Source: a bacterium (lineage in GTDB: Bacteria > Patescibacteriota > Dojkabacteria > JAKAPS01 > JAJZLI01). Taken from it: 64,000 nt of DNA. The notes under the pieces were generated by a model, which made no database searches, was not told where the DNA came from, and was given only the letters and a program-made list of their open reading frames with translations. The stretch spans positions 604-64,603 of the forward strand of contig JAJZIL010000001.1 in assembly GCA_021810605.1 (NCBI GenBank), in the 5' to 3' direction. The position numbers and the translations under genes were made by a program. Below, in pieces: positions 10,120 to 20,177 of this stretch. How positions within the stretch are numbered: position 1 is the stretch's first letter; each line of letters begins with the position of its first letter.

Positions 10120-10836
10120 ATGAAGTACTTAATAATAATACCCACATACAATGAAAGATTGAATATAGAAAAATTAATAAAAAAGATTTTTGCTACTAAA
10201 ATTGATCTTAATATACTCTTTGTAGATGATAAATCCCCTGACAAAACTGGAGATTATATAAAAAAAATTCAAAAAAGAAATTCTCATATATATCTAATAG
10301 AGGGAGATAAAAAGGGATTAGGAGATGCCTATAAAAGGGGGTTTCTTTATGCTATTGATAAATTACATCCTCAATATATAATTCAGATGGATGCAGATCT
10401 TTCACATGATCCTAAATATATCGTAAATCTTATAAAAGAATCAAAAAATAATGATGTTGTTATAGGATCAAGATATATAGAAGGAGGAAGTATTCCTAAT
10501 GAATGGAGTTTTACAAGAAAAATGAATTCCAAATTTGGAAATGTGTTTACAAAAAGTATATTAAAATTTCCATATAATGACTGCACATCTGGATTCAAAA
10601 TAATAAAATCCAGTGTATTTGATAAAGATATTATAAGATCAATAAATTCAAATGGGTATTTATTTCAAGTTGAAATACTTTACTATTTTTATAAAAAACA
10701 TTTAAAAATAAAGGAAATTCCTATTAATTTTAAAGATAGATCTCTAGGATTCTCGAAACTATCATTAAAAGATATATTTGAATATTTCTCTAAAATTAAT
10801 AAGATTAAGAATAAATATAATAAACTTTATAACTAA
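10120..10836 (+). CDS. Polyprenol-phosphate mannose synthase-like GT2
   Basis: IIPTYNE, VDDKSPDKTG, QMDADLSHDP, VIGSRY, DCTSGFK. Confidence 0.9.
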   Translation: MKYLIIIPTYNERLNIEKLIKKIFATKIDLNILFVDDKSPDKTGDYIKKIQKRNSHIYLIEGDKKGLGDAYKRGFLYAIDKLHPQYIIQMDADLSHDPKYIVNLIKESKNNDVVIGSRYIEGGSIPNEWSFTRKMNSKFGNVFTKSILKFPYNDCTSGFKIIKSSVFDKDIIRSINSNGYLFQVEILYYFYKKHLKIKEIPINFKDRSLGFSKLSLKDIFEYFSKINKIKNKYNKLYN

Positions 10837-10839
10837 ATT

Positions 10840-11598
10840 ATGGATTTATCTATAATAATAATTAATTGGAATACATATAATCTAACATATAAATGTATAG
10901 ACAGTATAAAAATTTCAAATTATAAGTATGAGATAATTTTAGTCAATAATAGTAGTAATGATGCAATCAAGATTGCTAAATTAAAGAATATATATAACAA
11001 TCTTAAAATTATACAAAATAAAGAAAACATTTATTTTGCTAAAGCTAATAATAGAGCTTACTCTGAAGCAAAAGGTAGATATATATTATTACTTGGATCT
11101 GATACTAGAATTTTAAATGATGCTATAGATCAATTAATTAAATTTTTGGATACGAACTCAAAATACTCAATAGTATCACCTCAACTTATAAATTCTGATG
11201 GTAGTATACAAAGATCTTGTAGAAATTTTCCAACAGTTATAAATGTATTTAAATCATTATTTGATATAAATCAAAAATCTAGATTCTTTGGAGAGTATAA
11301 ATTATCATATTGGGATCATAATGATTCTATGGAAGTTGTTCAGCCTCAAGCTACATGTATTTTAATAAGAAAAGAAATAATAGATAAATATGGTCTTTTT
11401 GATGAAAAATTTCCTCTATATTTTAATGATGTAGATTTTTTCAGAAAAATGAAAAAATTTAATATAAAGACATATTTTTTATCTACAGCAAAAATAATTC
11501 ATTTTTACGGTCAAAGCACTAGAAAATTAAGATGGAAAAGAAAATTACTTTTATATACTGGATATATTAATTATATAAAAAAATGGGGATTAAATTAA
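10840..11598 (+). CDS. GT2 glycosyltransferase (WbbL/rhamnosyltransferase-like)
   Basis: LSIIIINWN, FAKANN, GLFDEKFPLYFNDVDF. Confidence 0.88.
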   Translation: MDLSIIIINWNTYNLTYKCIDSIKISNYKYEIILVNNSSNDAIKIAKLKNIYNNLKIIQNKENIYFAKANNRAYSEAKGRYILLLGSDTRILNDAIDQLIKFLDTNSKYSIVSPQLINSDGSIQRSCRNFPTVINVFKSLFDINQKSRFFGEYKLSYWDHNDSMEVVQPQATCILIRKEIIDKYGLFDEKFPLYFNDVDFFRKMKKFNIKTYFLSTAKIIHFYGQSTRKLRWKRKLLLYTGYINYIKKWGLN

Positions 11599-11608
11599 TT
11601 AATGTAAT

Positions 11609-11725
11609 TTATTTACTTTCTTCTTGATTAGCTTGTAATCTCATTTTTTTTCTTTCTCTATTTCTAACTCTCTGCTCTTTAGCTTTAAGTTTTTCTTTTG
11701 TTCTCATTTTTTTTCTTTTACTCAT
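11609..11725 (-). CDS. Small highly basic protein (38 aa), not in the ORF track
   Basis: Manual translation MSKRKKMRTKEKLKAKEQRVRNRERKKMRLQANQEESK*; fills the gap after the SDR gene. Confidence 0.55.
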   Translation of the reverse strand: MSKRKKMRTKEKLKAKEQRVRNRERKKMRLQANQEESK

Positions 11726-11756
11726 GCCAAGAGTATATCTAAAAAACTATAATATT

Positions 11757-12533
11757 TCAATAATTATTAATCCTAGTAATAATTTTTCCTAGTATATTGT
11801 GAGGAACAAATTTAATAATAAATACTGATAATCTATTTAATATTCCTGTTACAACAACTCTTTTTCCTTTCATTAATCCATTATAACCAATTAAAGCTAC
11901 TTGTTTTGCACTCATTGCTGAAGAATCAAAAGATTTTTGATTCTTCAGATGAGCTACAGATGCAAAATTAGTTTTAGTTGAACCTGGACATAAAGCTGTA
12001 ACAGTTATATTATATTTGATATTTTCAAAAAATAAAGCTTCAGAAAAAGATAAAACATAAGCTTTTGTAGCGAAATAGACACTCATATATGGACCTGGTA
12101 AAAATGCTGCAACAGAAGCAAGATTCAATATCTTTCCTCTTTTTCTTTTTTTCATATCAGGAAGTATAAAATACGTGAGCTTAGTTAATGATAGAATATT
12201 AAGATTTATCATATCTTGATATCTATCAATACTACTACTATTAAATTCTCCACCCCAACCAAAACCAGAATTATTCACTAATATGGAAATTTTAAGTTTT
12301 TTAGAAGTTATGAAAGAAAATACTTTCTCTGCTGAATCATATAAAGATAAATCTATAGCTATATATTCTACATTTATTTTATATTTCTTCTCTATATTTA
12401 GCTTTATATCTTTTAATTTTTCTTTATTCCGAGATACTAATAGAAGATTATTTTTACTTTTAGCGAATAAAAGCATCAATTCATATCCTATTCCACTTGT
12501 TGCTCCAGTTATAAGTACATACTCTTTATTCAT
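11757..12533 (-). CDS. Short-chain dehydrogenase/reductase (DltE-like)
   Basis: TGATSGIG, LVNNSG, YFATK catalytic YxxxK, LCPGSTKT. Confidence 0.93.
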   Translation of the reverse strand: MNKEYVLITGATSGIGYELMLLFAKSKNNLLLVSRNKEKLKDIKLNIEKKYKINVEYIAIDLSLYDSAEKVFSFITSKKLKISILVNNSGFGWGGEFNSSSIDRYQDMINLNILSLTKLTYFILPDMKKRKRGKILNLASVAAFLPGPYMSVYFATKAYVLSFSEALFFENIKYNITVTALCPGSTKTNFASVAHLKNQKSFDSSAMSAKQVALIGYNGLMKGKRVVVTGILNRLSVFIIKFVPHNILGKIITRINNY

Positions 12534-12548
12534 CTACTTTTTAGTATA

Positions 12549-13277
12549 TCATAAATATTTATCCAAATTATTATAAAAATTAGATTTATCATAAAAATTA
12601 AAGAAATTTAATTCTTCTTTATATTTTTTTAATTCTATATAAGATTCTACCTTATTTTTAATAAATTCAGATCTTTGTATATCAGGAAATATAAATATAA
12701 CTTTAGGAAAAACATCAAAATACTTTTTATATTCCATAGATAAATAAAAATTTGAATATACATCTATCTTATTAAGTATTTTAAAAAATGTCTCTGTTGA
12801 TCTATCTAGCTCTAAATAAATATTATTCTTGTTAAATATACAAAACCCATCTGGAATAATCTTATATGCTTTACCTTCATATTTAAAATATTTTGCAGTA
12901 TTAATATCAGAAACCCAATCAGAAAAAATATAATTATTTCTTAATGCATATTGTTTAAGATTTATAAAAAAAATATTAGATTCTAATATATGAGGAAGAA
13001 AAAATTGTTTATATGTGTCTTGTATATAGCTAAAAGTTTTCAGATTATTCCCTATAATTTTATTACCTTTTTTAGTAGAAAAATAATATCTAAAACCTCT
13101 ACGATTAGACACCCTCAAAAAAGAAATCAATTTATACTCATAAAGGAGATTTATTCTTTTTCTTAATGTACTAAGTTTTATGTCAAAAAATAAATTAATA
13201 TCTTTTACAGATAGACATGGATGTTGATCAATAAAGCTAAGAATCTGAATGTCTTTTTCTTTAATTTCCGTGTACAT
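12549..13277 (-). CDS. Replication-relaxation (Replic_Relax) family protein: winged HTH + PD-(D/E)XK
   Basis: N-terminal wHTH-like region (STLRKRINLLYEYKLI), PHILESN, IIPDGF, YLELDRSTE. Confidence 0.8.
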   Translation of the reverse strand: MYTEIKEKDIQILSFIDQHPCLSVKDINLFFDIKLSTLRKRINLLYEYKLISFLRVSNRRGFRYYFSTKKGNKIIGNNLKTFSYIQDTYKQFFLPHILESNIFFINLKQYALRNNYIFSDWVSDINTAKYFKYEGKAYKIIPDGFCIFNKNNIYLELDRSTETFFKILNKIDVYSNFYLSMEYKKYFDVFPKVIFIFPDIQRSEFIKNKVESYIELKKYKEELNFFNFYDKSNFYNNLDKYL

Positions 13278-13279
13278 AT

Positions 13280-13726
13280 CTAAAACAGATAATTCCGAAT
13301 CCTCTCTAATTCACCTTTTAAATATATGACTCCCAAACGAGTAAAGTCTCTTTTAATATTTTGTTGATTAGAAGATAAATCATTAAGAACAAATATTTTC
13401 TTCCCTAAAATATATGCAAAGCCTATATCCATATACATATTATAACCAATATATCCTAAGATATTATTCCAATCATAATTTAATATTAGAATTGAATCTG
13501 AACTTTGTATAAAATTATACTCTATATCAAAAGAGTCCTTTCTAAGCTTTAACAATGAAGTATTTTTAGCATCAGAATAACGACTTTTACTTGATTCTAA
13601 AAGATTATACTCTTCAAAAAATGGTAAATTGCAATCATATCCATACTCTTGTAATAATAACATAACCTTTTTAGATTCAATATAATTTTCTATTTTAGAA
13701 CAAATTAATATTTTTTTTCTATCCAT
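13280..13726 (-). CDS. Nucleoside 2-deoxyribosyltransferase-like fold protein
   Basis: IQSSDSILILNYD..GYIGYNMYMDIGFAYILGKKIFVLN resembles the NDT/TIR-like 'D-aliphatic...E-IGfA-lgK-i' pattern. Confidence 0.6.
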   Translation of the reverse strand: MDRKKILICSKIENYIESKKVMLLLQEYGYDCNLPFFEEYNLLESSKSRYSDAKNTSLLKLRKDSFDIEYNFIQSSDSILILNYDWNNILGYIGYNMYMDIGFAYILGKKIFVLNDLSSNQQNIKRDFTRLGVIYLKGELERIRNYLF

Positions 13727-15719
13727 AAGTATTTAATAATCTAGAATAAATTGTATATACAGCATTATTATCATTTTTAGAGTAAATAAGATATCTATTT
13801 ATATTTGAAGGAATTTCAAAGTTTATAATATTAGAAAGATATTTCCTGGAACTCTCCCCAGTATCCATTATATAAAAATTTGAACAATTCTCTATGATAC
13901 TAGATAAATATTTTTTATCTATCTGATCTATATATTGATTCGCAACAAATACTGATAAATTGTACTTACGAGATTCTGAAAAGATAAATAGGACATTCTC
14001 GGATATAAAATTTTGAAATTCATCAATATACAAATATACATGATTCTTACTTTTTTTCTGAATAATAGTATTTCTTATCTGATTTATTATTAAAGATCCT
14101 AAAAATTTAGAATTCTCTTCCCCTACTACATTTTTTGGTATAGAAAATATTATACTTTTACCTTTATCAACAATAGAATTTAAATCTAAATTCTTATTTT
14201 CTCCAGATACAAACTTAGAAATAAACTTATCTGATTTGAGTCTACCTATCTTATTTATTATTGGAGAAATTCTATCCATCCTTGACCTATTATCCCACTT
14301 AGAAAAAATACTATCAAAGTAATCTAGTGTATCTTTATCTTTTAGAGTTAAAAGAACCTTTAATCTAAAGTGTTCATCTGTCAAAAATTCTTCTAAATCT
14401 AAAATATTATACTTATTTTCAGAAAATATTAAAGCTGAAAGACTTCTTCTTAAAATATCATCACTCTGAGGACCCCAAAACTCAGGATAAAGATCTTTAA
14501 ATATAGAAACAATATTATCAATTAAAAGATATTTATTCATATTTGGATCTAGATTTAAAGGATTAATAGAATATTTAATATCAGAAAAATCTACCAATAC
14601 ACAATTTTTTCTATCTTTTAAAGAGAGTTCTGATACTATCAAATCAGATAAATTATGGGGATCTATAACTATAGTAGATTTACAATTTTTAATATTCTGT
14701 ACAATTATATTTTTCATAAAAAGACTCTTCCCTGATCCAGTTTTTCCTATAAGATAACTATGTGATTTTAAGTATATATCCTTTATTCTAACCTTTTTCC
14801 CATTATTAAATCCTATAAATACACCTTTATTTTTATCCAATACTCTAGAGGGTATATTTAACTCTAAACTGTGCTTGACTAGATTTAAAGAATTATTACT
14901 ACTGACAATAGGTCTGAATATATGAGATAAATTTTTATTATAAAATAATATAGATTTAGCCTTATTATTAGATAATAATAGTGATACTCTATTTAGAATC
15001 TTCTTATCATTAGATTCAACTTTTAGAATAACTAGAGATAAATCCTTGAATCTATATGGATTTCTTAAAATAAAGCTAAAAGATACGCTTTTATTGTCTT
15101 TCAATATATTTAATATATCTTCATAGTAGTTATAAGAAGAATCTAATAACAAATATTTCTTATATAATTTTATCTCTCTTTTCTTAATAGTTGAGATAAT
15201 AATATCTGGGTAATTTAAATGTACAACATCTTTTATATGGTCTATATTTGCTTTACTAATTTGAACCGAATTATATACTTCTCCCCTTACATATTCATAA
15301 GAAATATTTAAAGGTAGTCCTAAAAAAATATCCTCTAGACTCTTATAATGGGGTGTTCTCGTGGAAGATAATTTTAAATTTACTTTTTTAACTATAAATA
15401 AAGATTTTATGAAGAAAAATAGATAATTTAATAGTATCAAAATAGACAACAAATATAGTTCCCAATATATATATTTATATGAATAAGCTAAAAAAATTAA
15501 TACTGGAATAAATGTTGCAAAAAATGATCTACTTACACTCTGAGAATAAGATGAAATTAAATTTTTTATTTTTGATATTAAAGTTCCTTCTGAATATAAA
15601 ATATGTATAATTATTAAAAGAAAAATAATAAATATTGGAATATAACTTTGAGGAAATAAAAAAATATATACAAAAAGTAATATTATTAGAAATTGGTTTA
15701 GATAAAAATTCTTTTTCAT
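13719..15719 (-). CDS. Membrane-anchored VirD4/TraG/HerA-like P-loop ATPase
   Basis: N-terminal TMs; HSYLIGKTGSGKS, VIDPH, WGPQSDDILR, LYIDEFQNF, SESRKY..ANQYIDQ. Confidence 0.88.
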   Translation of the reverse strand: MKKNFYLNQFLIILLFVYIFLFPQSYIPIFIIFLLIIIHILYSEGTLISKIKNLISSYSQSVSRSFFATFIPVLIFLAYSYKYIYWELYLLSILILLNYLFFFIKSLFIVKKVNLKLSSTRTPHYKSLEDIFLGLPLNISYEYVRGEVYNSVQISKANIDHIKDVVHLNYPDIIISTIKKREIKLYKKYLLLDSSYNYYEDILNILKDNKSVSFSFILRNPYRFKDLSLVILKVESNDKKILNRVSLLLSNNKAKSILFYNKNLSHIFRPIVSSNNSLNLVKHSLELNIPSRVLDKNKGVFIGFNNGKKVRIKDIYLKSHSYLIGKTGSGKSLFMKNIIVQNIKNCKSTIVIDPHNLSDLIVSELSLKDRKNCVLVDFSDIKYSINPLNLDPNMNKYLLIDNIVSIFKDLYPEFWGPQSDDILRRSLSALIFSENKYNILDLEEFLTDEHFRLKVLLTLKDKDTLDYFDSIFSKWDNRSRMDRISPIINKIGRLKSDKFISKFVSGENKNLDLNSIVDKGKSIIFSIPKNVVGEENSKFLGSLIINQIRNTIIQKKSKNHVYLYIDEFQNFISENVLFIFSESRKYNLSVFVANQYIDQIDKKYLSSIIENCSNFYIMDTGESSRKYLSNIINFEIPSNINRYLIYSKNDNNAVYTIYSRLLNTYG

Positions 15720-16450
15720 TTAATACTAAAAGTTTCTAAATTTTTATAAAATTCAAATATATTATAATTTTTTATTAAATAGACCTTACCTACTCCATAT
15801 ACAGTATAATTAATTTTATTTGTAGTAAATATAACAGTATCCTCATCAATACCAATAATTAAAGAATCTTTTGGAAAACTATTGAAAAATTGCTTATTTA
15901 GATATTTTAAATTAATCAATTTAGAAAATTTATTGAAATGAGGTATCACACTAAAATTAACTATTCCAGATAATCTAGAAATTTCCAAACCATCTTCTCT
16001 TTTCTTCTTAAAAATACTTTTAAAAATATTATTAGGTAAAAATTCCCCCATTATCATAGCACCTGCTGATGACCCAGCAAGAATAAAACCTTTGTCATTA
16101 TTAACCCTCTGTATAATCTTTTCTAAAAATAAAGTATTTTCTAAACATGAAAAAAGATATTCAGGATCTCCTCCAGAAAAATATATAACATTACATTGAT
16201 CAATAAGATTAATATTACTACTTTCAAAAAAATCTTTTCTTGACACTATATCAGCTCCAAATGAATCTATTCCAATTTTTTCAAAATGACTAATCCCATC
16301 ATCAATCCATTTATGATAATCAGATTCTTTCCCTGCAGCTGCTGGAATTATCATGACTCTAGGATTATCTATTACACCTATAATATCTTCATCTATTTGA
16401 TTCATAGAATCAGTGAATTCTCCAGAACCCGCTAATAATAACTTTCCCAT
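15716..16450 (-). CDS. Peptidase S51 (dipeptidase E/cyanophycinase-like)
   Basis: IIPAA, YFSGGDP, nucleophile AGSSAGA, VIPHF, GIDEDT. Confidence 0.9.
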   Translation of the reverse strand: MGKLLLAGSGEFTDSMNQIDEDIIGVIDNPRVMIIPAAAGKESDYHKWIDDGISHFEKIGIDSFGADIVSRKDFFESSNINLIDQCNVIYFSGGDPEYLFSCLENTLFLEKIIQRVNNDKGFILAGSSAGAMIMGEFLPNNIFKSIFKKKREDGLEISRLSGIVNFSVIPHFNKFSKLINLKYLNKQFFNSFPKDSLIIGIDEDTVIFTTNKINYTVYGVGKVYLIKNYNIFEFYKNLETFSIK

Positions 16451-16468
16451 ATATCATATTATAACACT

Positions 16469-17305
16469 TCAACTCTTCTCAACTAATAGTCTTGCAAACT
16501 CCATACCATTACTATCACTATCTTTTTTCATATAATTCAAAATAGATTCTCCTATTTTAGGAATATTTGATCTCTTAAAAAATATCTGGATATTCTCAAC
16601 AGAGCTTATAGAAAGAATATTATTCCCTAAATTATTCTCTAAAAGAAAATTAGAATAGTTTTGCATAGACATGTATAGTGAAATTTTTTTTAACTGAGAT
16701 ATAAATGCTTTTGAAAAAAAACTATTACTACTTATATTCTCAATATCATTTATATTATACCCTCTAAAATATGCTTGTATAAAAATTCTAATTGTATCTT
16801 TTTCCCAACCAAGAGATTGTAAATGTGAATATATCAATGATATAGAATTTATTTCTCCTAATCCAGATAGAAATGTAAATTTCTTAGATAAAAAATCTAT
16901 CATACTAGAGGAAAATGGAGATATAAAAGGATCAAATATAGGGATATTCTGTATTCTTGATAATTTATTAGCAATCCTAACTTGAGGAAGAAAATCTAGA
17001 TTACTATTTTCAAGTATGATAAAACTGTACTCATAATTAAAATCTTTATATTGTAACCAAATATCTTTTGTAGCAGAAAAAGAAGATATACCATTCAATA
17101 TTATTAAAGTTTTACCAGTTGGAAATTTTAAAACAGAGTGAGTTGAATCTGGAAGATAAAGACTCTTACTCTGTTCTCTATTAATAACTCTAATATTATC
17201 AAAAGAAATAATTTCAGCTAAATCCCCATTAGTTTCAGTATTAGAATTATCATTGGATCTATTTAAATAGAAAATATTTCCTGAATTATTAAATTTATTC
17301 TCCAT
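16469..17305 (-). CDS. Hypothetical protein
   Basis: 278-aa ORF, no motif recognised. Confidence 0.7.
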   Translation of the reverse strand: MENKFNNSGNIFYLNRSNDNSNTETNGDLAEIISFDNIRVINREQSKSLYLPDSTHSVLKFPTGKTLIILNGISSFSATKDIWLQYKDFNYEYSFIILENSNLDFLPQVRIANKLSRIQNIPIFDPFISPFSSSMIDFLSKKFTFLSGLGEINSISLIYSHLQSLGWEKDTIRIFIQAYFRGYNINDIENISSNSFFSKAFISQLKKISLYMSMQNYSNFLLENNLGNNILSISSVENIQIFFKRSNIPKIGESILNYMKKDSDSNGMEFARLLVEKS

Positions 17306-17355
17306 TCAAATTAGATTGTAACAAATACATATATACTAACTCAACTTAAAGTATA

Positions 17356-17384
17356 TTGACAAAAACTATAAGGTAATCTAGAAT
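17356..17384 (+). promoter_or_regulatory. Sigma70-type promoter
   Basis: TTGACA-17 nt-TAGAAT upstream of the 17414 ORF. Confidence 0.7.
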
Positions 17385-17413
17385 AGGTTTAATAATTTAT
17401 TTTAATAAATATT

Positions 17414-18073
17414 ATGAATAAAGAAAGACAAGAACATATAGATGATTTAGTACAGAAAAGTATTCATTCCAGAAGAAAACCAATGAATAGAAGAAAAAAA
17501 CTAGAAAGAACTTTACTTCTTGCAGCAGGACTATTTACTGCTGGTTTGGGAATTGATAAAGCACTTAATTTTACTAATAAAACAGAGGTAGGCAATCCTG
17601 TATCTACAAAATTAGTTAATAGACCTGAAGTTAATGGAGTCCCTGAAGTATCTGAAGGAGAGATTTCTGTTACAAGTGGAGGAAATCTTGTGACTGTTGC
17701 AATAGGAATAGAAGATAACCCAGCTATTAAAAAAGCTTTTCATATACAATCTAATCCAAATTCTAATTACAAAGTTACTCTAGAAGCAAATAATTTTACT
17801 ACAGATAGAGGACAAATATCCTTCCCTAAAATGAATGGATCTATAGGAGAAACAGCTATAATAACCAAAGTTTCTAATGGAACAAGTTCTGAGATAGCAA
17901 GTGATAAGAATAGCTATATATTAGTCTTTACAGGAGAAAATTCACAAAATTCTATAAACTTTCAAAGCGAAGTACAAAATACTGGGATATCAGGAGAATA
18001 TGCTATTAGAATTACAAATAATGTAACTGGTAATTCTAAAAATTTAATGAAAACATCTTTCCAAACTAGTTAA
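17414..18073 (+). CDS. Membrane-anchored hypothetical protein with beta-rich extracellular domain
   Basis: Basic N-terminus, one TM (LLLAAGLFTAGLGI), own promoter. Confidence 0.8.
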   Translation: MNKERQEHIDDLVQKSIHSRRKPMNRRKKLERTLLLAAGLFTAGLGIDKALNFTNKTEVGNPVSTKLVNRPEVNGVPEVSEGEISVTSGGNLVTVAIGIEDNPAIKKAFHIQSNPNSNYKVTLEANNFTTDRGQISFPKMNGSIGETAIITKVSNGTSSEIASDKNSYILVFTGENSQNSINFQSEVQNTGISGEYAIRITNNVTGNSKNLMKTSFQTS

Positions 18074-18078
18074 ATATA

Positions 18079-18909
18079 CTAGTCAGTAAATTCACTATAC
18101 ATATGATCAGAAGATCTTGACATATAATGAGGAACTGCTGAATAAGGATTGTTAGAATGAATTACACATGCAGCAATAATATATGCTGGTGCATTCATAT
18201 ATATATCAGCAACATCTAATATAGTTTTTCTAGTTGATTCTGTTTTTTCAATAAGATCTTCCCCTTCTCCAGAGTATATTAAAATATTTTTTAATATCGA
18301 ATCTGAAAAAAAATATCTCTCACTCGAATCCATCCTATTACGATAATCCATCATCTTACTATATATAGATAACTTATTTTTAATAAAATCAATATTCTCA
18401 CTATCTCTATAAAATAAAAGACTTTCTAATATTTCTCTTTCTGGAAGATTATTAAAAAATTTTTTTATATATTCATATTCATTATATATCTCTACAGATT
18501 CTTCAATAATCTTACCTTTAGAAGAAGCAATATACCCAGAAACCATTTTTAAAAAATATGAATCCAATTGATTTTCAAAAGAAGACTTCATGTCCTTAAT
18601 ATATTTTTTAGAATTAGTAGAAATAGTTTCAAATTCTTTTTGAAAAAAATAATTACTATCTAAACCAAATTGAGTGTAATTTATAAGTCTCTGATTTTTA
18701 GAATTATTAATATGATCTAATTTTTGAATAATATTATAATTATTAAAAATAGATTTATATTTATACAATGAAATAGAAGGAAGATAACTTTCATCCTGAA
18801 TACGTTCTAATTCACTTTTATGTATGGTCCTTTCTTGCTTCTTATAACTACTTGTCATTGTTATTGTAGTTTCATTAATCTCTATGTCGTTAATCTCTAC
18901 TAAATTCAT
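18079..18909 (-). CDS. Hypothetical helical protein
   Basis: ORF track gives 18079..18984; start moved to ATG 18909 (MNLVEIN) to avoid the divergent promoter region. Confidence 0.7.
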   Translation of the reverse strand: MNLVEINDIEINETTITMTSSYKKQERTIHKSELERIQDESYLPSISLYKYKSIFNNYNIIQKLDHINNSKNQRLINYTQFGLDSNYFFQKEFETISTNSKKYIKDMKSSFENQLDSYFLKMVSGYIASSKGKIIEESVEIYNEYEYIKKFFNNLPEREILESLLFYRDSENIDFIKNKLSIYSKMMDYRNRMDSSERYFFSDSILKNILIYSGEGEDLIEKTESTRKTILDVADIYMNAPAYIIAACVIHSNNPYSAVPHYMSRSSDHMYSEFTD

Positions 18910-19040
18910 GTTCTTAAATAATGATAAAAATATTAAGTATTGAATTATACTACAATTTATTATTAAAAACCAAATGTTTATCATATAGCAACAGCAAAAA
19001 TCAGCATAATTCAGAAAATATATGTTATAATCCTATAAAT

Positions 19041-20177
19041 ATGGATAAAAGTATAGAACTTTCTATTATAATGCCTTGCTACAATGAAGAAGACACTGTT
19101 GCTATTTGTATAAAAAAAGCTAAATCAGCAATTAAAGATCTAAAAATAAAAGGAGAAGTTATTGTTATAGATAATAACTCAAAAGATAACTCCTTTAATG
19201 TGGCAAAAAAAGCTGGAGCTATAGTATTTAAAGAAAGACTTAAAGGTTACGGAAATGCTTTAAGAAAAGGTTTTAAAGAAGCAAGTGGAAAATATATAAT
19301 AATGGCTGATTCTGATGATACATATGATTTTTATGAATCAAAAAAAATATATAATAGACTTAAAAAAGGTTACGATTTTGTTATAGGTGATAGATATAAA
19401 AAAGGGAAAATAGAAAAGGGAGCAACTCCATTCTCTCATAGATTAGGAGCTCCTCTATTAACATTTATATTAAATGTATTTTATGGAACAAATATATCTG
19501 ATGCTCATTGTGGAATGAGAGGAATAGAGAGAAATGCTTATAAAAGACTTAATCTTCAAACTGAAGGAATGGAATTTGCATCTGAAATGATTGTTAAAGC
19601 AGGGAAACTAAAACTTAAAATATCAGAAGTCCCAATTACTCTATCTAAAAGAAAAGGATCTGAAGCAAAACTTTCTACATTTAAAGATGGATGGAGACAT
19701 CTATCTTTTCTATTAACTCAGGGAACTAATTTTACATTTATATATCCAGGAACATTACTCCTTATCCTAGGTATTATTATGTTTATACTACTCTCACCTG
19801 GACATTTCACTATATTTGGACGAACATTTTATTACCATATTCTATATATAGCATCTCTCCTATCAATACTTGGTTATAATATTTTAATTTTCGGAGTACT
19901 TACTAAACAATATTCCTCCAAAGAAAAATTTACACCCATTGATAAAATAACTGAACTTATACAACAAATTGATATGAATAAAATTCTTATATTCGGATTA
20001 CTTTTAATACTTCTAAGTATACTTATATTAATTGATGCTTATATAATTTGGGCACAAAATCATTTTGGAGTTCTATTAAGCTCAGGGAAAGTCATTGCAG
20101 GAATCACTATATTTATATTAGGAACACAAACAATATTTGCAGGACTATTTTCAAAAATAATTGAACTTAAAAACTAA
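19041..20177 (+). CDS. GT2 (DPM/DPG synthase-like) with C-terminal TM helices
   Basis: LSIIMPCYNEE, IMADSDDTYD, SDAHCGMRG, GMEFASEM; start at ATG 19041 after TGTTATAAT. Confidence 0.9.
   Translation: MDKSIELSIIMPCYNEEDTVAICIKKAKSAIKDLKIKGEVIVIDNNSKDNSFNVAKKAGAIVFKERLKGYGNALRKGFKEASGKYIIMADSDDTYDFYESKKIYNRLKKGYDFVIGDRYKKGKIEKGATPFSHRLGAPLLTFILNVFYGTNISDAHCGMRGIERNAYKRLNLQTEGMEFASEMIVKAGKLKLKISEVPITLSKRKGSEAKLSTFKDGWRHLSFLLTQGTNFTFIYPGTLLLILGIIMFILLSPGHFTIFGRTFYYHILYIASLLSILGYNILIFGVLTKQYSSKEKFTPIDKITELIQQIDMNKILIFGLLLILLSILILIDAYIIWAQNHFGVLLSSGKVIAGITIFILGTQTIFAGLFSKIIELKN

Noticed and set aside
18921-19040. N-terminal extensions of the GT2 (from 18921) and of the opposite ORF (to 18984)
   Set aside because: The extensions overlap head-to-head and cover the promoter (TGTTATAAT at 19023-31); the downstream ATGs fit better.
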